A DNA stretch of 64,000 nucleotides from Longimicrobiales bacterium. GTDB taxonomy: Bacteria > Gemmatimonadota > Gemmatimonadetes > Longimicrobiales > Gaopeijiaceae. A program made the position numbers and the translations under genes. The DNA is taken from contig CBDAON010000004.1 in assembly GCA_965198065.1 (NCBI GenBank), forward strand, positions 2,688,001 through 2,752,000, in the 5' to 3' direction. Under the pieces are notes generated by a model, which did not search any database, was not told the DNA's origin, and was given only the letters and a program-made list of their open reading frames with translations. This document shows, piece after piece, positions 53,533-64,000 of this stretch (its first letter is position 1; every line of letters starts with the position of its first letter).

Positions 53533-54843
53533 ATGACGGCGACGCTCTCGTATTACTTGATCGCTGGGCTCTTCACGCTATCGTCGGCGCTGATCTGGGG
53601 CGTGAACACGCTCTTTCTTCTCGACGCGGGCCTCGACATCCTGGGCGTTTTCCTGGCGAATGCAGCCTTCACTGCGGGGATGGTTGTCTTCGAGGTGCCC
53701 ACCGGCGTCTTCGCTGACACGACGGGCCGGCGCGCCAGCTTCCTGCTGAGCGTTGCCGTCCTCGCCGTGACGACCACGGCCTATGTCATCGCAGCACGGA
53801 CCGGCGGCGGACTGGTCGCTTTCGCGTTCATCTCCGTATTCATGGGGCTCGGGTTCACGTTCTACTCGGGTGCCGTGGAGGCCTGGCTGGTAGATGCTCT
53901 CGAGCATGCGGGCTTCGAGGGTCAACTCGACCGCGTATTTGCTCGAGGCTCGATGGTCTCGGGCGGAGCGATGTTGGTCGGCACGATGGCCGGCGGCTTC
54001 CTGGGTGACATCGATCTGGCGCTTCCCTACGTCGTGCGTGCTCTCATGCTCGTCGCGGTCTTCATCGTCGCGTGGCTGACGATGCACGATCTCGGCTTCA
54101 CGCCGCGGACCCTGCGTTGGAACGTGATCCCCCGTGAAATGGAGAGGGTCGCGGCCGAATCGGTGCGCTACGGCTGGGACCAGCGGCCCGTGCGGCTTCT
54201 CACGTTCGTCTCATTTCTCCAATTCGGATTCATGAGCTGGGGCTTCTACGCGTGGCAGCCGTACTTCCTGGAGCTGCTGGGCCGCGACGCCGTGTGGGTT
54301 GCGGGCGCGGCCGCCTCGGCGATCGCCGGGGCAATGATCCTCGGAAACGCAATCGTCGACCGGCTGTCTCGGTTCTGCGGGCGCCGTACGACCTTGCTCC
54401 TATGGGCTGCGGGCGCGCAAAGCGCGGCGGCCGTGGCCGTCGGGTTCACCGACGACTTCTGGACTGCCCTCGCGGCGATGGTGGTCCTCGCGACGGCCAT
54501 CGGGGTGACGGGTCCGGTCAAGCAGGCGTACCTCCACGCAAGCGTGCCCTCGGCTCAACGGGCGACCGTGATCTCCTTCGACTCCATGTTGGGCAATGGC
54601 GGGGGCGTCGCTGGCCAGACGGGGCTGGGGTGGCTCTCCCGGGCCCAGTCTATCGAGCAAGGGTACGTGGTAGGTGGTGTGGCGACCGTGTTGGCCGTGC
54701 CCCTCTACTGGGGCGTGCGTGCGGCGGGAGCTGCGGCGGACGTCATCGTGGGCGACCGGGCCGGCGTGGCCGCCCCGTGCGCGGCTCAGGGGATCCCGGA
54801 GATCGCTGGCGTCGACGCCAGGCCGCGCATCGGGGTCGAGTAG
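53533..54843 (+). CDS. MFS transporter
   Basis: FEVPTGVFADTTGRR, SGAVEAW, about 12 TM segments. Confidence 0.9.
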   Translation: MTATLSYYLIAGLFTLSSALIWGVNTLFLLDAGLDILGVFLANAAFTAGMVVFEVPTGVFADTTGRRASFLLSVAVLAVTTTAYVIAARTGGGLVAFAFISVFMGLGFTFYSGAVEAWLVDALEHAGFEGQLDRVFARGSMVSGGAMLVGTMAGGFLGDIDLALPYVVRALMLVAVFIVAWLTMHDLGFTPRTLRWNVIPREMERVAAESVRYGWDQRPVRLLTFVSFLQFGFMSWGFYAWQPYFLELLGRDAVWVAGAAASAIAGAMILGNAIVDRLSRFCGRRTTLLLWAAGAQSAAAVAVGFTDDFWTALAAMVVLATAIGVTGPVKQAYLHASVPSAQRATVISFDSMLGNGGGVAGQTGLGWLSRAQSIEQGYVVGGVATVLAVPLYWGVRAAGAAADVIVGDRAGVAAPCAAQGIPEIAGVDARPRIGVE

Positions 54844-54940
54844 CCCTCGAGCGCGGGAGCCAGCGACCTCCGCCAAGAGGGTGCTAGTGGGCGTAAGCCG
54901 GCCGCGTCTACGTCGCCCGGGAGCCGCTCTCCTCCCGCCG

Positions 54941-55642
54941 TCAGGGGTTCTCGGGGATGCGCGTGGCCGAGTGGCTACGCCCGAACCACCAGCCCAACGC
55001 CGTGATACCGCTGCCGAGCGAAAGCGGTAACGGGTAGTGTAGAGCGTCGGCCAAACCTTGGCCGAGCCGCTCGAGGACGATCGGGTCGCGAAGGGCCATC
55101 TCGCCCGCGACGTACCCGAGGATGCCTCCGCCGAGCCAGACGAGCCACACGAAGCGGTTCATCAGCGTTGCCAGGACGCCGCTTCCCCAGATGACGAGGG
55201 GGAGCGAGAGCCCGATGCCGAACGCCACCAGGAGGAGGTCACCCTGCGCGGCTGCCGCGATGGCCAGGACGTTGTCGAGACTCATGATCACGTCGGCCAC
55301 GATGATGATCCGGATCGCCTCGAGGAGGGTCGTCCCCCGGGGAACGTGGCTCTCTACCCCCGTCTCCTGCCGCACCAGCTTCAGCGCGATCCAGACGAGG
55401 AGCAGGCCGCCGGCCAGTTGGAGAAGCGGGATCCGGAGCAGAAACGTGATGATCGTGATGAAGAGCAGCCGTAGCGCCACGGCACCGCCGGCCCCCCCTA
55501 CGCGTCCCCAAAAGCGCTCGCGGGGGCCCAGCGTTCGAATGGCCAGCGCAATGACAAGAGCGTTGTCGCCCGCGAGCGTGAGATCGATGATGACGATCGA
55601 TACCCAGCGCGCCCAGAACTCGGGATCACTCAGGAAGCTCAT
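54941..55642 (-). CDS. TerC family (YjbE-like) membrane protein
   Basis: IDLTLAGDNALVI and DVIMSLDNVLAI. Confidence 0.93.
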   Translation of the reverse strand: MSFLSDPEFWARWVSIVIIDLTLAGDNALVIALAIRTLGPRERFWGRVGGAGGAVALRLLFITIITFLLRIPLLQLAGGLLLVWIALKLVRQETGVESHVPRGTTLLEAIRIIIVADVIMSLDNVLAIAAAAQGDLLLVAFGIGLSLPLVIWGSGVLATLMNRFVWLVWLGGGILGYVAGEMALRDPIVLERLGQGLADALHYPLPLSLGSGITALGWWFGRSHSATRIPENP

Positions 55643-56571
55643 GCGGGGGCCCGGCGGCTCACCAACACAGGAAGCTTGGATCCGCGGATGAGCTTGTCGG
55701 CCACGCTGCCGACGAAAAACCGGACGACACCTCCCCGGCCCGCGGTCGAGAGCGCGATCAGGTCTGCGTCCGAGCTCTCACATGCGTCGACGAGGGCCCG
55801 CGCGACGTCCGGACCCTCGAGGAGCCGCGCCTGGACGCCCCGGACTCCGCGGGATTCGAGCTGCTTCTTAGCGGTCTCGAGATAGGACTCGATCCCCTCC
55901 CTCTCTCCTGCTAGGCGGGCCATTTCCGAGGCTGCGTCAGGCCGATGTACCGAGAACGACTTCCCGGATCCGTCGAGGACGGAGGTCAGCGTGACCCGGC
56001 TTCCTGAGGGGGAGACAAGATCGCCCAGAACGTCGAGGACCGAGTCAGCGGCCTTCGATCCGTCGAGCGGGACCCAGATATGTTCGGGCGAGCTCTCGTG
56101 GGCGAAGAGGCGCTCCGTATCCCCATCCCCTCGCAGGAGGAGCAGAGGGACGGGGGAGCTTCGGATCAGCTGATCGGCGATGCTGCCGAGCCAGATCCGC
56201 TCGAAGGCGCCCCGGCCATGCGTGGTCAGGACGATGAGATCGGCGTGGACCTCTCGGGCGATGTCCAGGATCGTGCGGGTAGCGCGGCCTACGGCCACGC
56301 GCACGTGCGTGTCGATCAGCACTGCGCCCCCCAGAGACGCCAGACGTTCTCGGACTTCTTCTAGGTACGTCCGAACCGTCGTCTCCCCCTCGACGAGCCA
56401 ACGGCTTCCCGTCCAACCATATCGGTCGCCGAGGCCATCCGGGGGGGGCGGCTCCGCTACCACGGACACCAGATGGAGTCGAGCCTCGTGCCTCCTGGCG
56501 AGTCGCAGCGCAGGCTCGAGCCCTTTCTCCGCCAACTCCGAGCCGTCGAGGGGAACCAGTATGGACTTCAT
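55639..56571 (-). CDS. Universal stress protein (tandem USP domains)
   Basis: ILVPLDGS-type motif twice; THGRG..LGSIAD. Confidence 0.93.
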   Translation of the reverse strand: MKSILVPLDGSELAEKGLEPALRLARRHEARLHLVSVVAEPPPPDGLGDRYGWTGSRWLVEGETTVRTYLEEVRERLASLGGAVLIDTHVRVAVGRATRTILDIAREVHADLIVLTTHGRGAFERIWLGSIADQLIRSSPVPLLLLRGDGDTERLFAHESSPEHIWVPLDGSKAADSVLDVLGDLVSPSGSRVTLTSVLDGSGKSFSVHRPDAASEMARLAGEREGIESYLETAKKQLESRGVRGVQARLLEGPDVARALVDACESSDADLIALSTAGRGGVVRFFVGSVADKLIRGSKLPVLVSRRAPA

Positions 56572-57017
56572 CGATCACTTTCCGTCGAGAGCGTTTCGAG
56601 TGCTAGTCAGGAGCTTGAGAAGCCACTCCGGGCGGCGCCTCTGTCAAGGCGAAGGGGGCCGCCGCATGCCGCCCTTAGCTTCCCGTGCAGGATGCCGCGG
56701 CCCGGATCTGAGAACCGTTACTCCCCCATCCATGATGCTGTGTTCGTGTTCGTTCAGCCAACCTACACTGGGGCACTTGTTGGCGGTTGGTGAGGTCCAT
56801 TCCGTGCCGAAACGCCCGTGGCGGGCGCATCCCTCGTTCGGGGAGCCACCGCCTCCGAGAACCCCCGTGCCAACGTATCCCCGAACGGTGGTGGGCTCGC
56901 GCCGTTTCTGGCGGGCGGCGGTGGTTGCCTGACCACGCCGGCGCTAATAGCATCAGGGTCGTCAAACGCAACGGGTAGTAGTGTGTCTGCAGTGAGGGCT
57001 CCAGTCGGGAGGATCTT

Positions 57018-57932
57018 GTGAGACAGGCCGGAATCGCCTGCATCGGTGTGATCTTGGTCGGTTTGGCGGCCTTTCGCCTCAGCGTGCAGCCCGAAGCTGT
57101 GCCGTTCGTGACGGAGATCCCGGTTGTGGTCGCCGGCGCGACCTCGGTGGCTCCGCCCGAGCCGGCGCTGGGCCCGGTTCCGCCCGAGGACCGGGAGGTG
57201 CCGGAGGTCAGCGCCGTGGAGCGCCCGGAGGAGGGCTCGCAGCCAAGAAGGTTTCGGCGGCGCAGCCGCAACATCTATCCCGGGCCCATTCCCACGCCAG
57301 AGAACTGGGAGCCGCCGGAGGGGCCGGTGCGCGTCGCGCTCCAGGCGGGCCACTGGAGGGCCGATGAGGCGCCGGACGAGCTCAGAGGCCTGCGGAACAA
57401 TGGCACGGCCGCACGCGGAAAGGCGGAGTGGGAAGTGAACCTTGAGATCGCCCGTCGCGCCGCCGCGATGCTGGAGCTGATGGGCTATGAGGTCGATATC
57501 CTTCCGGCGGTCGTACCTCCTAGCTACCGGGCCCACCTCTTCATCTCCATCCACGCCGACGGAAGCAATGATCCGAGCGCGTCGGGGTACCGCGTGGCGT
57601 CGCCGCGCCGCGACGCGACCGGACGCGCCTCCCAGATGGCCGATCTCCTCGAGGGGAGCTACGGGGAGGCCACGGGCCTGCGAAGGCTTCCCCGTGTGAC
57701 CCGCCGGATGGAGAACTACTACGCGTTCAACTTCCGGAGATACGAGCACGCGCTGCACCCGATGACCATCGGGGTCATCCTGGAGACGGGCTTCCTCACG
57801 AGCGCCTCCGACTGGGACGTGATCGTGAACGATCCTGACCGCGCGGCCCGCGGCATCGTCGCGGCGGTGACGGCTTTCCCGGTGACGCCGCCGCCCGCGG
57901 GGGTCCTGGCCGCCGCCCTCGAGATGGATTGA
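57018..57932 (+). CDS. N-acetylmuramoyl-L-alanine amidase (Amidase_3)
   Basis: LQAGH, EWEVN, FISIHAD, ILETGF. Confidence 0.88.
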   Translation: MRQAGIACIGVILVGLAAFRLSVQPEAVPFVTEIPVVVAGATSVAPPEPALGPVPPEDREVPEVSAVERPEEGSQPRRFRRRSRNIYPGPIPTPENWEPPEGPVRVALQAGHWRADEAPDELRGLRNNGTAARGKAEWEVNLEIARRAAAMLELMGYEVDILPAVVPPSYRAHLFISIHADGSNDPSASGYRVASPRRDATGRASQMADLLEGSYGEATGLRRLPRVTRRMENYYAFNFRRYEHALHPMTIGVILETGFLTSASDWDVIVNDPDRAARGIVAAVTAFPVTPPPAGVLAAALEMD

Positions 57933-58216
57933 TCCGCACCGAAGCCTGACGAGTTGACGCCCCGGGGGGCAAGAGCAGGCTTAGGAAAGGAGCTCGAGGA
58001 CGGCCGGCGGAAGATCGGCCGCTCGTGACTTGGCTCATGGGCCTAGTCGGGCTCGATCCGATCGATGGACTCGCCGTGGAGAACTGGCTCCGCTGACCTC
58101 CGCAGGCCTCCGACGAAGCGCCCCACCTAGCCGACGCATCCCTGCTGGACAGATCGCGAACCGGGCCGAAGTATGTTCCGTTCGGGGTGTTCGGCGCGTG
58201 CGCCAGGTAGTAGCAC

Positions 58217-59626
58217 TCAGGTGGGGAGCCTTTGATATGTCGGTTTCTGGCTGAAACACGCCCGCACGGTCTTCCCCACGTTCAGCGTGATCGCGAGCTG
58301 CGCGCTCGAGCCGAGTGAGCTGCCCGAGGGATCTGACCAGCCGTAAAAGTTCGAGTCGCTCCCTGCCGTGGCGGTGAGGGTGACCTCGCTTCCGCCGGCG
58401 AAATCGGCCGAGCAGACGCTCCCGCTGACGCAGTCGAGCCCCGCCGGATCGCTCGTTACCTGGCCGCCCCCGGCTCCGAAGAACTGGACGTCCAGGGTCT
58501 GGGGGGGGACGGCCTCGCAGGCGAGATTCCGGCTGGAGGTGTGGAGGATGCCTCCGCCCGAGGACCCGATCCCCATCCCGTAGTGAAGCTCGGCGGAGCC
58601 CGCTTGCGAGCACGTGTAGCTGGGGGAGCCCCCCCACTGCCTGCCTGGGCTCACCTCCGCGAGCGTGAAGTCGCCCTGGAAGCCCGGAACCAGGTTCACA
58701 GAGCTCCGGTCCCGGAAGAAGGCGCTCTGGCCAGAAAGGATCGAGCCCAGGTCGCTCTGGACGGACAAGCTCGTAGTGAGGTTGAGCTGAACGCCCACGT
58801 GGAGGGGCGCGGGGGGCGGCGTCACGTCGAAGGTGAGGCCGCCGTCCAGAGCGGACATCGTGGAGAAGCGCGTGAGCGTCCCCTCGATCGTGAGGGCGCC
58901 CGTGACGGGCTCGATGTCGATCGTCTGCTCGTCCAGCTGGGCCGTTTCGGACCCGCTGGTGAGGAGGAGGAGCCCCGTCTGATAGGCACCGGCACCCACA
59001 TCCAACCTTGATCCGGGCTCGAAGGTCACCTGCACCGGCTGGGCGAATTCAGTGCCGTCGGGCCCCAGGTCGAAGGCGCGACTGATCCCGACCGCATCGC
59101 GAAGAGTGCCTAGCTCTCCGGTCAACCCCGACGCATCTACCGAGCTAAGCGTGACGTCCAGGTCGGAGCTCACCGCTCCAGCCGGGAAGACCAGGCGGAG
59201 GGAGCCATCGGCAGAGGAGATCGTGCCACCCGCGGACCCCACCGTCTGCGTCGTCACTGTCGGGTCGTCGAACGCTGCAGTGACGCTTGCGTCGGCGTTC
59301 AGCGTCAGCGAACAGGACCCGGAGCCGGTGCACGCCCCGGACCACCCCGCAAACGCGTCGTCGGTGCTGGCGGGCGCCGCGGCCAGCGTGACGCTCGTGC
59401 CCTCCTCGAAGTCGGCCGTGCAGGGGTCGCTCCCCGTCGTGCAAACGATCCCAGCCGGCGAGCTCGTTACCGTGCCCGAGCCGTCCCCTGTGACGTTGAC
59501 TGTGAGGGTGAACTCCCCGGGCGGCTCCGCCGGGCTACCGCTGTCGCTCGAACAGCTGGCGCTCAACAGCAGGACCGCAAGGAGGGGAGCGAGGGAGGCG
59601 ACGGGACGGAGTCGGATCGATCGCAT
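58217..59626 (-). CDS. Lipoprotein with InlB-B-like repeats and a ZU5-like domain
   Basis: SASC lipobox; two GxGxVTSxPAGxxC..VTLxA..FxGWS repeats; GPDGTEFAQPV. Confidence 0.75.
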   Translation of the reverse strand: MRSIRLRPVASLAPLLAVLLLSASCSSDSGSPAEPPGEFTLTVNVTGDGSGTVTSSPAGIVCTTGSDPCTADFEEGTSVTLAAAPASTDDAFAGWSGACTGSGSCSLTLNADASVTAAFDDPTVTTQTVGSAGGTISSADGSLRLVFPAGAVSSDLDVTLSSVDASGLTGELGTLRDAVGISRAFDLGPDGTEFAQPVQVTFEPGSRLDVGAGAYQTGLLLLTSGSETAQLDEQTIDIEPVTGALTIEGTLTRFSTMSALDGGLTFDVTPPPAPLHVGVQLNLTTSLSVQSDLGSILSGQSAFFRDRSSVNLVPGFQGDFTLAEVSPGRQWGGSPSYTCSQAGSAELHYGMGIGSSGGGILHTSSRNLACEAVPPQTLDVQFFGAGGGQVTSDPAGLDCVSGSVCSADFAGGSEVTLTATAGSDSNFYGWSDPSGSSLGSSAQLAITLNVGKTVRACFSQKPTYQRLPT

Positions 59627-59847
59627 TGGGGCTTTCCGTCGAGCGACTGGAACGAGTGTCCTGCGACGCCGGAGTCCTGGTCGTCGGCCGTCGTCATTAG
59701 CGCGCCGGCAATATTGCACCATCCCCCCCCCTCACCGTCAGGAGTCGCTCGGATCTTCTGCGGCGCCTGTTTGAGATCGGGAATGCGATCCGCCACTTCC
59801 TCGGTCCGGCCGAACGGCGAGGGCGTCGATCACCCCGTTCGTTTCCA

Positions 59848-60601
59848 TCACTCGGTCGCGGGAGCGGGCCCCGCGAGAGACGGCAGCAGGACGCCGGCGG
59901 GGCCTTCGAGCTGGACGTCGACGCGGTCGCTCATGCGGGTGCGCGACGGGTTCACTTCGACCAGGAGGGCGCCGCCCCGCCGCGCGGCGTGAGCCCACCG
60001 GGCGATGTAGTCGAAGCTGACTTCGGTGCCCACAAGCAGCGTTAGGTCGCACGGCCGGTCGAGGAAGGCCTCGATCTCGGCGATGGGGTCGGCTGGCAGC
60101 GCCTCGTCGAACCAGACGACGCCGGGCCTCAGCAGAGCGCCGCACTTGCAACGGGGCGGCAGGGAGGGCAAGGGGTGCGCGCGTTCCTCGCGCTCGATCC
60201 CGCAGCCCTCGCATCGCACGGCCCAGATCGAGCCGTGGACGTGGGCGACTCGCCGGCTGCCGGCCCGCTCGTGGAGGTCGTCCACGTTCTGCGTGGCCAC
60301 GAGGACGTCCTTCCCGGCGTCCTCCCAGGCGGCTATGGCTTGGTGCGCACGGTTCGGGGCGGCGTCGCGGACCAGCCCTCGCCGGTCCTGGTACCACTCC
60401 CACACGAGGGTCGGGTCGCTGTCGAACGCCGTACGGGTGGCCAGCCTCTCCGGGTCCAGCCTACGCCACCAGCCGTCCTGCCCCCGGAACGGGGATTCCG
60501 GACTCCGCGCTCACGCCGGCCCCTGTCAGCACCAGGATCCGCCGTGCGGCCTCGAGGCTCTCGGAAACGCGCGCGGCGTCTGCGGACGGGCTGTCACTCA
60601 C
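59848..60601 (-). pseudogene. cobB: NAD-dependent deacylase (Sir2/CobB), frameshift near 60490
   Basis: LTGAGVSAESGIP, TQNVDDLHERAG, HGS, two Cys pairs, LRPGVVWF. Confidence 0.88.
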
Positions 60602-60708
60602 GGGTCCGGCCATGGGCTCGCCCCATGGCGTCAGCCGACTCGATTTCCGGTGAAGTCACTCGGTGGGAGGACCGTCGGGGTCACCTCCCGTCCGCTCCGC
60701 CCGAGTCT

Positions 60709-61185
60709 CTAGGGGGCTGAATCGGTGGGGTCGTCCGGGGCGTCCCCGTCCGAGGCGTCCCCGTCCGTTTCGTCACGCGAAGGACGCAGTTGATCGCTCA
60801 CCACGGAATAGTTCATCGCAGGGTTGTTCTCGAGGGTGAGATTGAGCTGATCGCCGACGTCCAGATAGAACTGGTCGGACACGTATCCGGCTTGAGGCCC
60901 GATCGGGTTGGAGACGAGGTGGACCGCCGCAATCGATTCCACGAACGTAGGCGGCAACTCAAAGCGCCTCTCGGAGACACCCGGTGTCAACCCGAGTGAC
61001 CGGCGGATTCCAGATTGCACGGCGTAGATGTGCGCGTCGTAGAACGCATGGTTGCGCACCACCACGGTAATAGTGTGACTCTGGTCCTGTGCGTGACCGG
61101 CAACCGGGACGACCCCCGGGACGACCGCCCCCAGGCCGAGGATCGTGAGCCAACGCGTCCTCCAGATGGGTAGCTTCCCGAACAT
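60709..61185 (-). CDS. Secreted hypothetical protein
   Basis: GGAGG RBS, signal peptide AHA, VRNHAFYDAHIYAV. Confidence 0.65.
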   Translation of the reverse strand: MFGKLPIWRTRWLTILGLGAVVPGVVPVAGHAQDQSHTITVVVRNHAFYDAHIYAVQSGIRRSLGLTPGVSERRFELPPTFVESIAAVHLVSNPIGPQAGYVSDQFYLDVGDQLNLTLENNPAMNYSVVSDQLRPSRDETDGDASDGDAPDDPTDSAP

Positions 61186-61517
61186 TGCCACCTCCATGGC
61201 CGATCGTAGCGGACAACCCGATAAACGCTCTAATCTTCGAACACTGCGGCTCCAAAAAACGTTCCCGGGCCCGCCCAACTCCCTTCGTCGAGAGAAACGA
61301 CTCGTAACTCGCGTTTCCCACTTCGCTCAGGGTTGCGGCCAGGCTCGCGCGGTTCCAGTTGTCACCGGCCAGGGCCAGGTCCGTGTACAGCCCCCGGAGC
61401 GCCTCGTCCCTCCACACGTTCTCGGGCGTCGGGTGCGTGTGGTGAGAGCGGGCACGAGCTTGCTCCACACACCAGTAGCGTCGAGTGCTGTAACTTCCGC
61501 GTGAGGCATCGTATCAG

Positions 61518-61600
61518 ATGGGACGTACCAACATCGGGCCTGACGACGCGCTCGGTGGTGGTCGTCTACTCCAGTACTTGGATAGATTTCTTCAGGGGCG
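61518..61600 (+). pseudogene. Collapsed VapBC toxin-antitoxin remnant
   Basis: MGRTNIGPDDAL (VapB-like start) followed by VVVYSSTWIDFFRG (PIN-like start). Confidence 0.6.
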
Positions 61601-61640
61601 TCCACTTCTGGCGCCTCCGCCGGCTCGCCTGGAGGAGGGG

Positions 61641-62504
61641 ATGGACGGTCATCGTGAGGGTCCGGATCTCCGGCCCGCGACGTCGAGCAGTTGGCTTCCC
61701 TGGATCCTCGGGGTGGTGGGGGCCGTCTGGGTCGCTTCGCTCCTTACGGGCGGCGCGGAGCGTTCGTCCCCGGATGGTGGTGAGCCTCCACTCGCCAGCG
61801 GTGGCGAGCGCCCGATCGAAGAGGAGGTTGGCTTCGATCCGTGCGTGTCGCCTCTCGGATGGCAAATCGGGTCGTTGGACTCCCGGTTCGACCTCCCTGC
61901 CGAGGAGCTCCGGGGAGCCGTCGAGCGGGCGGTGCTCGTGTGGGAGTCTTCCACGGGACGGCTCATCTTTCGGCACGACTCCCTTCAAGGGATGCCCATC
62001 AACCTGAGGTACGACGCCAGGCAGGCGAGGCTGGAAGCGCTGGAGCGCCGAGCCCGCGAGCTCGACGAGCTGGGGGCGCAGATCGAGGAGCTGCGGGCCG
62101 AGTACGACCGGACCGACAACGCAGACTTGGCGGAGCGGGTGAACCGGATGGCGGACGAATACAACGCCATGGCGGACTCGCTTACCCGTTCGCGGTCCAT
62201 ACGGATCGACGCGGGACAGTTCCGGGAAAACATCGTTTACCGGGGCCGACCGATCCGCACGGATCCCCAGCTCACCGTATACCAGTTCGGGAGCATCGAT
62301 GAGCTCGTGTGGATTTTGGCGCACGAGCTCGGCCACGCCATTGGACTGGAGCACGTGGACGAGCCGGCGGCCGTGATGCACGACGGATATCGGTCCGGGG
62401 TCAGCGTCGAGGCCCTGCACCCCGTGGATCTCGCTGCCTTCGACGAGCTCTGCGAGTCGCGCGAGGCTGGCTCGAACATTGGTCCCACGGGCGCGGTCCG
62501 TTGA
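61641..62504 (+). CDS. Matrixin-family (metzincin) metalloprotease
   Basis: HELGHAIGLEH plus Met-turn AVM; N-terminal TM anchor and coiled coil. Confidence 0.88.
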   Translation: MDGHREGPDLRPATSSSWLPWILGVVGAVWVASLLTGGAERSSPDGGEPPLASGGERPIEEEVGFDPCVSPLGWQIGSLDSRFDLPAEELRGAVERAVLVWESSTGRLIFRHDSLQGMPINLRYDARQARLEALERRARELDELGAQIEELRAEYDRTDNADLAERVNRMADEYNAMADSLTRSRSIRIDAGQFRENIVYRGRPIRTDPQLTVYQFGSIDELVWILAHELGHAIGLEHVDEPAAVMHDGYRSGVSVEALHPVDLAAFDELCESREAGSNIGPTGAVR

Positions 62505-62587
62505 GCGACCTCCTCGACGAGCAGGGAACACTGGGGAGCTAGCGCCTAACGACTGGGCGCTGAGGGAGCGCTCCAGACTGTCGTGGC

Positions 62588-62628
62588 TTGACACGGTGTG
62601 GATGGGTGTCATATGATACCTATGACAC
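62588..62628 (+). promoter_or_regulatory. Sigma70-type promoter overlapped by a palindromic GntR/YtrA-type operator
   Basis: TTGACA (62588), TATGAT (62612), palindrome GTGTCATA-N7-TATGACAC (62606-62628). Confidence 0.8.
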
Positions 62629-62658
62629 TATGCCAAACATCCCGTCAGGCTGCGCCCG

Positions 62659-63099
62659 ATGATCCTCAGGGTCGACCTTTCCAGCCCCACTCCGGTCTAT
62701 CTCCAGATCGTCGACTGCGTCCGCCGGGCCATTGCCGTGGGATCGATCAAGGCCGGCGACCGTCTGCCAGCTATCCGCGAGGCGGCCGTCCAGACGCGGG
62801 TAAATCGAAATACGGTGGGCCGCGCGTACCTGGAGCTCGAGCATCAGGGACTCGTCCGTGCCCGTCAGGGCTCGGGCTTCTACGTGACGGACAATGGATC
62901 GCGGGTAGAGCGCGCAGTGCGCCGCGAAGCGCTGCTCGAGCAGGTGAAGGAGTTGGTCGTCGAGGCACGGCTCGCGGGGACGTCCACGGAGCAGCTCGTC
63001 GAGACGCTCGTCGAGCACAGCAAGATGCTGGAAGCGGAGCACGCCAGCACACTGGACGCGGAGCAGCCCGCTCCGACAAACGGAGACCGACATGACTGA
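62659..63099 (+). CDS. GntR family (YtrA subfamily) regulator
   Basis: PVYLQI..GDRLPAIRE..VNRNTVGRAY..GSGFYV, followed by an ABC ATPase. Confidence 0.93.
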   Translation: MILRVDLSSPTPVYLQIVDCVRRAIAVGSIKAGDRLPAIREAAVQTRVNRNTVGRAYLELEHQGLVRARQGSGFYVTDNGSRVERAVRREALLEQVKELVVEARLAGTSTEQLVETLVEHSKMLEAEHASTLDAEQPAPTNGDRHD

Positions 63100-63977
63100 C
63101 TGGGCCGTCGAGACCCTCGGCCTCGGCCGCAGGTTCGGGAAGAGCTGGGCTGTCCGTGAGTTGAATCTGCAGGTTCCGCGAGGCTCGGCGCTGGGGCTCC
63201 TCGGGCCGAACGGAGCCGGGAAGTCGACCACGATCCACATGTTGATGGGCCTGCTCCCCGCCACGGAGGGCTCCGCGCGGGTCCTCGGACTGGATCCGGC
63301 CGACGACGACGTCGGGATTCGCCGGAAGGTCGGGTACGTTGCCGAGGAGCACGGCTTCTACGGCTGGATGTCGGTGGATGAGACGATCGGCCGGCCTCGT
63401 GTCCGCCTACCACCGCGACTGGAACGATGAGACGCGTCGCGAGCTCCAGGAAGAGTTCGCGCTGGACAGCCGCACGCTGATCCGGGAGCTCTCCAAGGGG
63501 ATGCAGGCGAGGCTCGCTCTGCTCCTCGCGCTCTCCTTCGATCCGGAGATGCTCGTCATGGACGAGCCGACGGGCGGTCTGGACCCTGTGTCCCGGCGCA
63601 CCTTCATCGAGACCGTCTTGGCACGATATCAGGAGAGTGGAAAGACGATTCTCCTCTCCTCCCACCTCCTGAACGATTTCTCCGGGCTCCTCGATCACGT
63701 GGCCTTCCTCAGGGACGGTCGCCTCGAGCTCGCAGTCCCCCTGGACGAACTGCGGGCCCGGGTGAAGCGGGTACGCCTCACCTTCGAGGATGGAGCCCCG
63801 AGCTCGCTCTCGGTGTCCGGCGCGCGCCGAGTCCAGACCAACGGTCGAGAGGCGGTCGCGACCTTCGACCGCTTCGACCCCGTGGAGACGCCTCGACTTC
63901 TCGCTGCCGTGGGCGCGTCAGACGTGCAGGTCGAGGAGCTCTCGCTCGAGGACATCTTCGTCGAGGTCCTCCGATGA
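63092..63977 (+). pseudogene. ABC-2 type ATPase, frameshift near 63390
   Basis: GPNGAGKST, LSKGM, MDEPTGGLD, SSHLL in two frames. Confidence 0.88.
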
Positions 63978-64000
63978 CGGTGCTATCCTCGCCGGTGCCC

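Noticed and set aside
1..64000. Genome-wide TAG recoding or pyrrolysine use
   Set aside because: Many intact genes end at TAG at the expected C-terminus (e.g. 19384, 22666, 35421, 54843), and no pyl genes are present in the window.

Overview
High-GC bacterial window. Gene content (ADOP-type permease, DUF5916, DUF2911, PHM-like cytochrome c protein) suggests Gemmatimonadota or a relative; this is inference. Positions 1-37430 look like a composite genomic island built at a tRNA-Cys locus. It has three co-oriented 3' halves of tRNA-Cys (19626, 25372, 37389) embedded in two families of conserved att-like ends, no visible integrase, and dense IS3/IS256/IS1595 content. Cargo includes a TonB-dependent receptor, a copper-monooxygenase-like operon, an Fe-S module and K+ transport genes. 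The most striking object is an IS1595 element (perfect 24-bp IRs, 8-bp target duplication) carrying two tRNA-like genes as passengers. One of these is D-armless with a CUA (amber) anticodon and the G3:U70/A73 alanine identity. Positions 37430-64000 are mostly transport, envelope and stress genes. Across the window many genes are broken by internal deletions, small indels and short fragments re-inserted in inverted orientation; real decay versus assembly artefact cannot be settled from this sequence alone.
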